64,000 nucleotides of DNA from IMG/VR virus record IMGVR_UViG_3300021138_000003; one strand, 5' to 3'. The notes below the pieces were generated by a model that worked only from the letters and a program-made list of their open reading frames with translations, did no database searches and was not told where the DNA came from. This stretch comes from an uncultured virus (IMG/VR IMGVR_UViG_3300021138_000003) (taxonomy: Duplodnaviria; Heunggongvirae; Uroviricota; Caudoviricetes). Below, piece by piece: positions 37,976 through 47,238 of the stretch. The position numbers were made by a program, and so were the translations under genes. Every line of letters starts with the position of its first letter. Position 1 is the stretch's first letter.

Positions 37976-38731
37976 TTAGTCGTCTAACTCCTTATAGATT
38001 GATAAAATTTCCTTAACCGCCGGGTGACGTTCGATATCTTTTGCTTGAAATTGCACGATATCGATCATCTTGTGGCCTGAATGAGTGCGTAAACGACTCA
38101 CAAAGTCTAATAACCCGTTTGTTTCGGGTCTATCTGCCTGTTGTAGATCTCCTGTTACAATCATTCTCGAGTTTTCACCGATACGTGTTAGTAACATTTT
38201 CATCTGACTTGGTGTTGCATTTTGCATTTCGTCAGCTACAATGTAAGCGTTCTTGAATGTGCGCCCACGCATATAAGCAAGAGGACTAATTTCAAGAAGA
38301 CCATTTTCTAACATGGAAGTAATTTCTCGTGGATGATAGTATTCTTTGAAAACATCAAATATTGGACGAGTCCATGGTTCCATTTTCTGTTCCAGTGTGC
38401 CTGGTAGAAATCCATGTTCTTCATCGACAGATACAGCCGGCCGTGTAATGACTATTTTGTCAACCACCCCCTCTTTGAATTGCTTGATGGCATGCTGTAC
38501 TCCAAGCATAGTCTTACCGGTACCTGCTGGCCCGATGGCAAAGACTATGTATTTTCGTGAGTTTCGAAGAGCCTCAATATATGTTTCCTGGCTTAGATTG
38601 CGAGGAACAATATTAACGTCTTTCTTCTTTTTAACATAATGATTGAATTCGATAAGGTTTGGTGTCTCATCGCGCTGCGAATAAGCATTGTTGGCACCAG
38701 TGTTGCGTTCACGCCTTCTTGGTTTAGACAA
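37976..38731 (-). CDS. phoH: PhoH-like ATPase
   Basis: GPAGTGKT, TRPAV, GFLPG, YMRGRTF, DEMQN, TGD; TTG start with SD GGAG. Confidence 0.95.
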   Translation of the reverse strand: MSKPRRRERNTGANNAYSQRDETPNLIEFNHYVKKKKDVNIVPRNLSQETYIEALRNSRKYIVFAIGPAGTGKTMLGVQHAIKQFKEGVVDKIVITRPAVSVDEEHGFLPGTLEQKMEPWTRPIFDVFKEYYHPREITSMLENGLLEISPLAYMRGRTFKNAYIVADEMQNATPSQMKMLLTRIGENSRMIVTGDLQQADRPETNGLLDFVSRLRTHSGHKMIDIVQFQAKDIERHPAVKEILSIYKELDD

Positions 38732-38844
38732 ATCGCATCTCCTAAAGTAGATGACCTGCACACTTAATTATCTATATTTTTTAAAATCCTAATCAAATGC
38801 CGAAATTCGGAATCGCATAAATACCTTGCCAAGAGAGAACCCAT

Positions 38845-39387
38845 ATGCTTGATATTATTGATTTGATTAAAAACATTGAAAACCTAACTACCGATAACGA
38901 ATCGTTTAAAATTCTCAAGGATTTTGAACGAGTTCTAGATGATATCGATGTGTATGTTTTTAAAAATTGGGAAGATGGTGAATTAGTCGAAGGACCAAAT
39001 GTACATCGACATACCGTTGAATGTAAATTTATGTGGCCTTACGAAAATATGCCAGATCCGATCGGAGGAGCAAGACTTCTCGATTATGGGTGCAAAGTTT
39101 CCTATAAAGAAAGCGATTTATTAGTTCCTCGTAAAATCTACAAACCCGGAGATTATCGACCTGGCACAAAAAAGGGCAAGATTGATGCTCAACCTATCTG
39201 GATTGTATCAATCACTATGCCTAAAAAATTAATGCAAGATATATTCCAAGGACAAAAACGTCAACAAAGCGAATACGTCAAAGATCATATTGATATCGAT
39301 CCAAGCCAAACAATGACGCCAGATATGGCCGCACAGGAAGCAATGCCCAATGAACCAGTACCACAAACACCAACTCAAGGGATGTAA
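38845..39387 (+). CDS. Hypothetical phage protein
   Basis: LKDFERVLD...YVFKNW...MPDP.GG; TAAATA upstream. Confidence 0.75.
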   Translation: MLDIIDLIKNIENLTTDNESFKILKDFERVLDDIDVYVFKNWEDGELVEGPNVHRHTVECKFMWPYENMPDPIGGARLLDYGCKVSYKESDLLVPRKIYKPGDYRPGTKKGKIDAQPIWIVSITMPKKLMQDIFQGQKRQQSEYVKDHIDIDPSQTMTPDMAAQEAMPNEPVPQTPTQGM

Positions 39388-40120
39388 ACTTGTCGAAGGT
39401 CTTCGTAAAGATGACCTAAAGGACATGATCGACCATCTGTTTACTATTGATCAATATCAAAGTAAAATGGGTGAAGATAAGGATACACTTGTATTAAGAT
39501 TTCGTGCAGCCAGCAAAGAACCTGCTATCGATCTAATGGAATTCATTGAAAAAGGTTATTCATTTGTTCTCGATGCTGATACCAGCTCAGGTGAAGAAAA
39601 GGATGGCAGTTATAGCGTATTTGTCGAACTCGAAAGAACCGAAAACGCTGCTGAAGAAATTAAAGATCTGCTAAATGGTATCGGTCAACTATGCGGGTGT
39701 TCTTCATGGAAATTCCGCTGGTACAGAGATATCGAAGGTCACACCTTCGATGTAAAGACCGCTCAGCAAATAATTCCATTAACTCCAGAAGCATATGAAT
39801 CTAGAGTCGGTGCTTCCGAGGCAGAAGAAATTTCTGAATTCTTTGACCAGGGTGCAATCGACGATATCACTGTAGAAGATAGCATTGTTACATTTAGGAA
39901 ACCTTTTGCAGAATCGTTGTCTGCTAGAGTAATCGCGATAGGGGATTACAATGTGCTTAAAAATGCGCTGCGAGGCGGCCTACAGCTTGACGAATCTAGT
40001 CGCAGTCAAGTAACCTATCTAAACAAGTATCTAGGCAATTACGACATTAATAAAATAGAAAATCATTTCTTGATCAGAAATGGCAGTCGTGCTATAATAC
40101 TTTCTAAGGAACGCTGGTAA
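39350..40120 (+). CDS. Hypothetical phage protein
   Basis: EGLR..DL, IDQYQSKMG, DL.EFIEKGY. Confidence 0.75.
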   Translation: MNQYHKHQLKGCKLVEGLRKDDLKDMIDHLFTIDQYQSKMGEDKDTLVLRFRAASKEPAIDLMEFIEKGYSFVLDADTSSGEEKDGSYSVFVELERTENAAEEIKDLLNGIGQLCGCSSWKFRWYRDIEGHTFDVKTAQQIIPLTPEAYESRVGASEAEEISEFFDQGAIDDITVEDSIVTFRKPFAESLSARVIAIGDYNVLKNALRGGLQLDESSRSQVTYLNKYLGNYDINKIENHFLIRNGSRAIILSKERW

Positions 40121-40204
40121 ACTACGCACATTAAAATAAATAAACAACCGCGGCGATTTATATCCATGCGGATATCACCATTTAATCAATAGGGAAGGTA
40201 TGAA

Positions 40205-40600
40205 ATGGGTAAAGAAGTACTTGAACACAAGCATCTTATCGTCAGAGCAGAGTTAAATAATCCACCACAATGCGCCGAAGCAATTCAAGACTGGATGAAA
40301 AATCTAGTGGATCAAATTGGCATGAAAATTTTAATGGGCCCCTACGCTGTATATTCTGACATGGTCGGTAATCGCGGACTGACCGCCGTGACTATTATTG
40401 AGACTAGCCATATAAGCGTTCATGTTTGGGATGAATGCGAACCTGCATTAATGCAAATGGATGTTTACACTTGCTCTGAATTGAACATTAGCGATGTATT
40501 TCAAGCCATTGCTCCTTTCGAGCCTGTTAAGACTGAATACAAATTCATTGACCGAGAACATACTCTCACGTTGCTCGAGCAAGGAAAACAAGAATTATAA
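40205..40600 (+). CDS. speD: S-adenosylmethionine decarboxylase proenzyme
   Basis: GLTAVTIIETSHISVHVW, DVYTC. Confidence 0.85.
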   Translation: MGKEVLEHKHLIVRAELNNPPQCAEAIQDWMKNLVDQIGMKILMGPYAVYSDMVGNRGLTAVTIIETSHISVHVWDECEPALMQMDVYTCSELNISDVFQAIAPFEPVKTEYKFIDREHTLTLLEQGKQEL

Positions 40601-41170
40601 TTTTTTCTTGCAATGGTCGTTATGCCATCTAGTTATATTTCCAATGTTACTTTGTTTACCACAATGTTTGCAAACCGAAATATGACAAGAGGCATGGCGA
40701 CCATCAGCAAGCATTTCTTTTTGTAAGTTGCCGCCGACCCAGTGGTGCGTTCCATCGGCTACACGTTTTCTATTTGAAGTTCTCTGGATTTCACCACCTA
40801 TGAAATTATGAGTTCCTGATTCAATATTTTTTCTTCTAGATTCTTCTTGCCTTTTCAGAGTTTCTTGAGAAATGTTTTGCTTCAAAAAGTTATGCTTACC
40901 TGCATCTATTCTCCGTGCATTACTTAATTTTGCAATTTTACTTTTTTCAGTCGAAGAGAGTAAATTTTTCATTCTAAAAGCAATTAATCTGCAGGCGCCA
41001 TAATCGCCTTGTCGAAAATGTATCTCATAGTGTTCTTGTAATGTTACTGACATTAAATTTTTTGGGTCGTTATTTAATTTATTACCATCTATGTGATGAA
41101 TTTCATTCCCTTCGGGAATAGGACCATAGTGTTTTTCATAAACTTGTCTGTGATTACTATAAATATTCAT
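40595..41170 (-). CDS. Free-standing HNH homing endonuclease
   Basis: HRQVYEKHYGPIP...IHHIDGNKLNN...NL...EH; GTHNF repeats; C-terminal CKHC..HNDHC. Confidence 0.9.
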   Translation of the reverse strand: MNIYSNHRQVYEKHYGPIPEGNEIHHIDGNKLNNDPKNLMSVTLQEHYEIHFRQGDYGACRLIAFRMKNLLSSTEKSKIAKLSNARRIDAGKHNFLKQNISQETLKRQEESRRKNIESGTHNFIGGEIQRTSNRKRVADGTHHWVGGNLQKEMLADGRHASCHISVCKHCGKQSNIGNITRWHNDHCKKKL

Positions 41171-41225
41171 GCTGATACTCCTTTGCAGTATTAGAATGAG
41201 TGGGAATGCCAGTTCCGCGACTCAT
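41171..41225 (-). ncRNA. Conserved structured RNA leader of homing endonuclease gene (copy 2)
   Basis: AUGAGU-CGC-GGAA-CUGGCA-UUCC-C-ACUCAU-U-CUAAUACU-GCAAAGG-AGUAUCAG-C-AUG. Confidence 0.8.
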
Positions 41226-41228
41226 AGA

Positions 41229-41240
41229 TATTTATAAATA
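41229..41240. promoter_or_regulatory. Overlapping divergent T4-type late promoters
   Basis: Palindrome TATTTATAAATA gives TATAAATA on both strands (HNH gene leftward, spanins rightward). Confidence 0.65.
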
Positions 41241-41263
41241 CCTAGAACAAAGGAGCAAGTACT

Positions 41264-41749
41264 ATGTGGTTATTACATTTATTACCAATGGGGCTAATTG
41301 CTATTATTGTTCATGGAATTTTACTTTTAGGAGTTGTTGCGTTAGCTGCTAGTTATATTGTTAGGTATATACCAACAATAGGCATTTACGCACTTCCTGT
41401 TAGGATAGCTTCGATTGCAATTTTAGTCGTTGCAGTATATTTAGAAGGTGTTTACGGTACACATATGTGGTACCAGGACCAAGTTAAAGACCTGCAGGCG
41501 GCGGTTGCAAAATCCGAAGAACAAAGTAAGACACTTAATACCGAACTTTCGACTGCAATCCAAAAAGATACTGTAACTATCAAAGATCATACAAACACAG
41601 TCCATACCGAAGTCGTAGAGAAATTAGTGCCAATTGATAAAGATTGCACCCTAGATCCAATGGTTGTCACTGTACTAAATCATGGAGCAACTTCACCATT
41701 AAATACTGCTGCAAAAGCCCAAACACCGGCACAAGGAGATCAAAAATGA
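41264..41749 (+). CDS. Inner-membrane spanin (Rz-like)
   Basis: N-terminal TM helices, coiled coil, C-terminal Cys; followed by a lipoprotein gene. Confidence 0.65.
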   Translation: MWLLHLLPMGLIAIIVHGILLLGVVALAASYIVRYIPTIGIYALPVRIASIAILVVAVYLEGVYGTHMWYQDQVKDLQAAVAKSEEQSKTLNTELSTAIQKDTVTIKDHTNTVHTEVVEKLVPIDKDCTLDPMVVTVLNHGATSPLNTAAKAQTPAQGDQK

Positions 41750-42012
41750 AAAAATCTCTAACAATACTGATGTTGATGTTATTATCCGGGTGTGCAACTG
41801 TTATTCCTGTTAAACGACATTTTCCCGAGTCTATTCCAGAATTAATGCAACCATGCCCAAATTTAAAACAGCAGCCCGATACCACTAAATTAAGTGATGT
41901 AGTCGGAACTGTAGTAGATAATTATGGATTATACTATGAATGTCAGAACAAAGATGCCAAGTGGATCGAATGGTATAAAAAGCAAAAATCTATTTTCGAT
42001 AGCGTAAAATAA
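41746..42012 (+). CDS. Outer-membrane spanin lipoprotein (Rz1-like)
   Basis: Lipobox LLSGC, Pro-rich, CP...NY..YYEC; SD AGGAG. Confidence 0.7.
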   Translation: MKKSLTILMLMLLSGCATVIPVKRHFPESIPELMQPCPNLKQQPDTTKLSDVVGTVVDNYGLYYECQNKDAKWIEWYKKQKSIFDSVK

Positions 42013-42020
42013 TTCATTTA

Positions 42021-42049
42021 TTGACTTCTGCATAACGAAATAGTATAAT
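42021..42049 (+). promoter_or_regulatory. sigma70-like early promoter
   Basis: TTGACT-17nt-TATAAT. Confidence 0.75.
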
Positions 42050-42075
42050 AAGGAAATTATACTGGATCCTCATCA

Positions 42076-42900
42076 ATGACTGACTATTATCAAATACTGG
42101 GCGTAGAACGCACAGCATCAGAACAAGAGATTAAATCTGCATATCGAAAACTTGCAATGCAACATCACCCCGACAAAGGAGGTGATATTAATAAATTTCA
42201 AGAAATCAGCACAGCATACGAAACATTAAGTGATGCACAAAAAAGAGCTGCTTATGATAATCCTGCACCTCAATATGGGCAAGGTCCTAGAGGATTCGAT
42301 TTTGGTTTCGAGGGACAAGGATTTGAAAGCATTTTTGGTCACGGAAGCCCTTTTGGAGAAATATTTGGATTTAGACAACGGCAAGCTGTAAATCAATCCA
42401 TGAGATTATCAACTTCAATTACATTAGAAGATGTATTTTATGGAAAAGAACTACTTGCAGAAGTTACATTACCTAGTGGTCGCAGTCAAACTGTAAATAT
42501 CAAAATCCCAAAAGGAATTCACGACGGTACTACATTAAAATTATCAGGAATGGGCGACGATTCCATCCAAGAGTTGCCTCGCGGTGACATTTTATTAACA
42601 ATCCATGTGCAAGATCATCCTACATTTATAAGGTCAGGTGATGATCTTGTTCAAAATTTAGAAATAAGTTGCATAGATGCGATGCTAGGCACAAATATCA
42701 CCGTCACCGACTTAGATAATATACAATTAGATACTGCAATCCCTGCAGGTATTCAGCATGATTCCATGTTAGGATTAGCAGAACGAGGTATGCCTAATTT
42801 CCATACCGGAAATAAAGGCCGATTGCTATTAAAAATTAAAATTAAAATCCCCGAACTTTCAGATATGCAAAAAGAGAATTTGAGAAAATTAAATATATGA
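42076..42900 (+). CDS. DnaJ/CbpA-like co-chaperone (no Zn finger)
   Basis: DYYQILG, HPDK, DnaJ C-terminal domain. Confidence 0.95.
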   Translation: MTDYYQILGVERTASEQEIKSAYRKLAMQHHPDKGGDINKFQEISTAYETLSDAQKRAAYDNPAPQYGQGPRGFDFGFEGQGFESIFGHGSPFGEIFGFRQRQAVNQSMRLSTSITLEDVFYGKELLAEVTLPSGRSQTVNIKIPKGIHDGTTLKLSGMGDDSIQELPRGDILLTIHVQDHPTFIRSGDDLVQNLEISCIDAMLGTNITVTDLDNIQLDTAIPAGIQHDSMLGLAERGMPNFHTGNKGRLLLKIKIKIPELSDMQKENLRKLNI

Positions 42901-43385
42901 TGATAGTGAAATTTCCTAACCCAATTTTATCAGAGCAAATGCCTGCTTTTGATTTTGAAAATCCAATTTATGACCCAGAAAAATTAGAATACGATATGCT
43001 AGATACCATGTATTCGCATGGAGGTATTGGATTAGCAGCTAATCAAGTAGGAATTAGGACCAGGGTATTTGTTATGGGTAGTAGAGAAGACCCCGACAAC
43101 GGAATGGCATTTTTTAATCCAGAAGTTATTGCAAATACAGATAATATCGAAGACCTAGAAGAAGGATGCTTGAGTTTCCCAGGAATCTATGTTAAAATAA
43201 AACGACCGACAGCAATTAAAGCGCGTTGGCAAAATTCAAAAGGCGAATCGATGGAGGGTACATTTGAAGGTTACGAATGTAAATGCTTTTTGCATGAGTT
43301 AGATCATCTAGAAGGTATTACTTTTAAAAATAGGGTAAGTCCACTAAAATGGACTATGAGCGTAAAGAAATCTAAAAGGAAATAA
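42897..43385 (+). CDS. def: Peptide deformylase
   Basis: GIGLAANQ, EGCLS, HELDHL. Confidence 0.95.
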   Translation: MMIVKFPNPILSEQMPAFDFENPIYDPEKLEYDMLDTMYSHGGIGLAANQVGIRTRVFVMGSREDPDNGMAFFNPEVIANTDNIEDLEEGCLSFPGIYVKIKRPTAIKARWQNSKGESMEGTFEGYECKCFLHELDHLEGITFKNRVSPLKWTMSVKKSKRK

Positions 43386-43386
43386 T

Positions 43387-45663
43387 ATGTTAGAACCGAA
43401 TAAGAATTTGGCATCAATTTTTGAACGAGCAATCAAACTTGCTATTAAGAATAAACACGAATATGTTACTCTAGAACATTTCTTATTCAGTATTATTTCT
43501 GATAAAGATTTTGAAAAAGTTCTAGTAGATTTTGGCACTGACGTTCCTGAACTTAAGAACAATCTCGATAATTTCATCAAAACCCAGCTCAAGGACATTG
43601 AGGTAGCTGAACTTACTGAAAAGCCACGAAAGACAAATAGCATTGAACGAATGCTAAATCGTGCATTTACTCAAGTATTGTTTAGCGGCCGCACTATTAT
43701 CGAACCCACTGACTGTTTTGTTGCTCTATTTTCTGAAAAGAAAAGTCATGCACTGCATTTTATGCGCCTTGCAGGCATTGATAAGGACAAATTTGTCGAC
43801 TTCATTAATAATGAAACCGAGCAAACTTCCGAAGCTGCTGAGGAAATCAGCAATGCTCAACTAGAAAAGATTATTGTACAATTCTGTACCAATTTAAACA
43901 ACAAAGTTAAGCAGAAAAAAATCGACCCAGTAATCGGTCGTGAAAAAGAGATAGACGATATTCTTCTTGTTCTTGCCCGACGCCAAAAGAGCAACGTCAT
44001 GATGATCGGTGAACCAGGCGTAGGTAAGACTGCAATTGCAGAAGGTCTTGCCCGTAAGATCGTCGAAGGCGATGTTCCCGATTATATCAAGGACCACACT
44101 GTTTACAACCTCGATATTAGCGGAATGCTTGCAGGTTCTAAGTATCGTGGCGATTTCGAAGAACGCCTTAAGATGGTAATTACCGCACTAGAAAAGCGTA
44201 AGAACTGCATTTTATTCATCGACGAAGCACACATGATGAGTGGTGCTGGCGCAGTAAGCAGCAGCAGTTCAAACGATATGAGCAACATGCTAAAGCCTGC
44301 GTTAACCAAAGGTACCTTAAAGGTCATTGCAAGCACTACTTGGGAAGAATTCCGTAAGCATTTCGAAAAGGATCGTGCGTTAATGCGACGATTCCAGCGG
44401 GTAGTAGTCAATGAACCTAGCGAAGAGATGGCAATTGAAATCATCAAGGGCTTGCGTAAGTATTATGAAAAGCATCACGGTGTTAAGATTACGAATCAAG
44501 CAATCACCGATGCTGTCAAGTACAGTACAAAGTATATTACTGACAAACACCTGCCAGATAAGGCCATCGACCTAATCGACTGTGCTTGTGCTCGATTCAA
44601 GGTACGCAACGAAGAAGGCGGCGTTGTCGATCACGAAGAAATCATGTTCGAAGTTGCAAAGGCTGCAAATCTTCCTGTCGAGCAGGTTGCTGCCAAGGAA
44701 AATCAAAACCTTCGAGATCTCGAAAAAAACATGAACGGCAAGGTATTTGGTCAAGATACTGCTATTGAAATTTTGCTAGACAAGATCTTCATTGCACAGG
44801 CGGGTTTGAAATCCATTAACAAGCCGATCGGTAATTTCCTTTTTGTTGGTCCTACAGGTTGTGGTAAGACTGAAACTGCCAAGGTACTTGCAGAATCTCT
44901 AGGTGTACAGCTTGTGCGCTTTGATATGAGTGAGTTCCAGGAGCAGCATAGTGTTGCTAAATTCCTCGGGTCACCTCCGGGTTATGTCGGCTTTGACGAA
45001 AATGCAGGTCAGCTCATCACTAAGTTGCAGGAACATCCAAACTGCGTGTTGCTTTTGGACGAAATTGAAAAGGCACATCCTAGTGTAAGTAACGTGTTGC
45101 TAGGTTTGATGGACAACGGTTTTGTTACAGGATCTAATGGTAAAAAGGCAGATGCTCGAAATGCCATTGTTATCCTTACTTCCAATCTTGGTGCCAGCGA
45201 TGCTGAAAAGAATGGCGTAGGATTCGGTAGTCAAGAACGCGACGGCGAAATTAATGCAGCAGTCAATGCGTTCTTTAAGCCGGAATTCCGTAATCGTTTA
45301 GATGGTATCATCCAATTCGGTAAGCTAGAGCACACTGTGATGATCCGCATTGTTAAAAAGTTCATCGATGAACTTAATGCGCAGATCAAGGAAAAAAATA
45401 TCTTTGTTAAACCCACCCCAGATGCAGTTGAATTGCTGATTAAAAAGGGATTTAATAAGAAGATGGGTGCTCGTCCGCTACATCGTACTATTGATGATCA
45501 GATCAAGAAGCCACTTAGCAAGGAAATCTTGTTCGGAAGACTGGTTAATGGTGGCATTGTAGAGATCGATACCAATGAGGACCAGTTCGTGTTTAATTTT
45601 ATCAATGTATTAGATACTACATCAGATAAAATCGCAGAAACAGTAGACGATGAAAATTCATAA
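43387..45663 (+). CDS. clpA: ATP-dependent Clp protease ATP-binding subunit ClpA
   Basis: Clp N domain, [25 protein letters not shown] loop, MGARP. Confidence 0.95.
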   Translation: MLEPNKNLASIFERAIKLAIKNKHEYVTLEHFLFSIISDKDFEKVLVDFGTDVPELKNNLDNFIKTQLKDIEVAELTEKPRKTNSIERMLNRAFTQVLFSGRTIIEPTDCFVALFSEKKSHALHFMRLAGIDKDKFVDFINNETEQTSEAAEEISNAQLEKIIVQFCTNLNNKVKQKKIDPVIGREKEIDDILLVLARRQKSNVMMIGEPGVGKTAIAEGLARKIVEGDVPDYIKDHTVYNLDISGMLAGSKYRGDFEERLKMVITALEKRKNCILFIDEAHMMSGAGAVSSSSSNDMSNMLKPALTKGTLKVIASTTWEEFRKHFEKDRALMRRFQRVVVNEPSEEMAIEIIKGLRKYYEKHHGVKITNQAITDAVKYSTKYITDKHLPDKAIDLIDCACARFKVRNEEGGVVDHEEIMFEVAKAANLPVEQVAAKENQNLRDLEKNMNGKVFGQDTAIEILLDKIFIAQAGLKSINKPIGNFLFVGPTGCGKTETAKVLAESLGVQLVRFDMSEFQEQHSVAKFLGSPPGYVGFDENAGQLITKLQEHPNCVLLLDEIEKAHPSVSNVLLGLMDNGFVTGSNGKKADARNAIVILTSNLGASDAEKNGVGFGSQERDGEINAAVNAFFKPEFRNRLDGIIQFGKLEHTVMIRIVKKFIDELNAQIKEKNIFVKPTPDAVELLIKKGFNKKMGARPLHRTIDDQIKKPLSKEILFGRLVNGGIVEIDTNEDQFVFNFINVLDTTSDKIAETVDDENS

Positions 45664-46342
45664 AACCAGTAAACTATTCTACGGAAAATATCCGTTTCGA
45701 ATCGAAGTCCGGATTAATGGCGGCGACGTGCTTGCGCGAAACCGCCATAATCTAGATAAAGCACTGAAAAATATTACTAACACATGGCGTTATAAAGATT
45801 TTAGTCAGAATTCAATCAATGAACTGAGAAGATATTCGAACAAATATTCCGAACTTGATCAAACAAAGTTCAAACAACGTGTTGAAGGACAGTATATAAA
45901 GTTCTATACGGAAAACCGCACAGATCACGAATTTATATACCGCACAATGCAAGATTGGGTAACTGACTGCCACGAACCTGAAAATGACGACGACTTAGAT
46001 AAACTTTTTACCAAAAAAAATGTTGTCTTAAGAAGACGATATCCGCACGGCGGACTTCAATTTCGAATAATTTTAAAGAATCGAATACCGCAATCTCGTA
46101 AAACATCTTTCCTTAATTGGTTAGAAAATTATGCCGACGATATTCACATGACAGAACTTACTCGCCGCTATTTAAGAGAAAGTAGTAGATATAGCGAAGG
46201 ATATTCCATCTACGTTAGAAATGAAAAATTGCTGATGATGATAGGATTATTTCTTGGTTCTGATATTAAAAAAATTGAAGAATTTGTTCTTCGTGGTACA
46301 CAAATAAATAGTGTACCCGAGGATGAATTATGCCCAACTTAA
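45650..46342 (+). CDS. Hypothetical basic protein
   Basis: KLFYGKYP..., 230 aa. Confidence 0.7.
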   Translation: MKIHKTSKLFYGKYPFRIEVRINGGDVLARNRHNLDKALKNITNTWRYKDFSQNSINELRRYSNKYSELDQTKFKQRVEGQYIKFYTENRTDHEFIYRTMQDWVTDCHEPENDDDLDKLFTKKNVVLRRRYPHGGLQFRIILKNRIPQSRKTSFLNWLENYADDIHMTELTRRYLRESSRYSEGYSIYVRNEKLLMMIGLFLGSDIKKIEEFVLRGTQINSVPEDELCPT

Positions 46343-46800
46343 CAAGTACATTTGAATTTTATAATCCGTGGATAACTAGAAATTCACATACCACGCAACC
46401 TAGCATTACTATGCCTCAGATGGTTAATGGGCAAATGCCCATTAACCCATTAAGTTTAAACAGCAAAGAACTTCCTGCCGCCGGCTATTATGGCCTAGGT
46501 GTTAGAACACATTCAGTTACTTACGCTATTTCAGGAGCGTTTAAAGGAACTTGCAATATTCAAGGATCGATTTCACCTCATCCTTGCAATGATTCTGACT
46601 GGTTTGACATTCCCGATGCATTAAAAACTTATGTAGGATTAGAAACCACCGGTGGGGCCGGAATCAGTGGTGGATTTAGTGGTGCAGTTAGTCGCCCTAC
46701 TCATACAGATATCGTAGAATTTACCGGACTTTATTCTTATCTTCGAGCTGTAATTACAATACAACAAGGTACTGTGCAGTCTATTAGGTTAAACTTTTAA
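46330..46800 (+). CDS. Hypothetical (likely structural) protein
   Basis: TAAATA upstream; GYYG, DWFDI, FTG.Y.YLRA. Confidence 0.65.
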   Translation: MPNLTSTFEFYNPWITRNSHTTQPSITMPQMVNGQMPINPLSLNSKELPAAGYYGLGVRTHSVTYAISGAFKGTCNIQGSISPHPCNDSDWFDIPDALKTYVGLETTGGAGISGGFSGAVSRPTHTDIVEFTGLYSYLRAVITIQQGTVQSIRLNF

Positions 46801-46841
46801 CAATATAAATACACAATACTATTTTGAGGTTCTAAACTGAC

Positions 46842-47237
46842 ATGAAGCTACTTGAATTTTTCGGAAACATTGAACACAATGTTAATCAAGACAAGGATCA
46901 AGATCCTACCGGCCTTGGCAAGGAAGAAGAAAAAGAACTAAAAGACAATGTTTTTTGGTACATCCTCGATCACGATGATTTTCATAAAAAATATTTCATG
47001 CCAATTGCTAAAAAAATCAAAAAAGCTCATGCTAAAAGCAAAACCGAAGACATGCACGATTGGAAAACATGGTTGCCAATGGTTAACGCAGGATGTGCAG
47101 AATTCTTTAAAAAGCAGCCAACGATGGGCGACCCACATGAGATATTTCACAAAAAATTTCGAATGGATATTTGTAAGAGATTGGCTGACCATTATCATAA
47201 AGATATCCTAAAAGGCGAATACGAACTAGGACGCTAA
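46842..47237 (+). CDS. Hypothetical late protein (MKLLEF N-terminus)
   Basis: Late promoter TATAAATA at 46804-46811. Confidence 0.7.
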   Translation: MKLLEFFGNIEHNVNQDKDQDPTGLGKEEEKELKDNVFWYILDHDDFHKKYFMPIAKKIKKAHAKSKTEDMHDWKTWLPMVNAGCAEFFKKQPTMGDPHEIFHKKFRMDICKRLADHYHKDILKGEYELGR

Positions 47238-47238
47238 T

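Noticed and set aside
41171..41225. Endonuclease-leader motif as a hammerhead, twister, pistol or HDV/theta ribozyme
   Set aside because: Plus-strand CTGATA..GCGA and minus-strand CUAA resemble fragments of those cores, but the required conserved nucleotides and pseudoknots could not be completed by eye. It is left as an unclassified motif.
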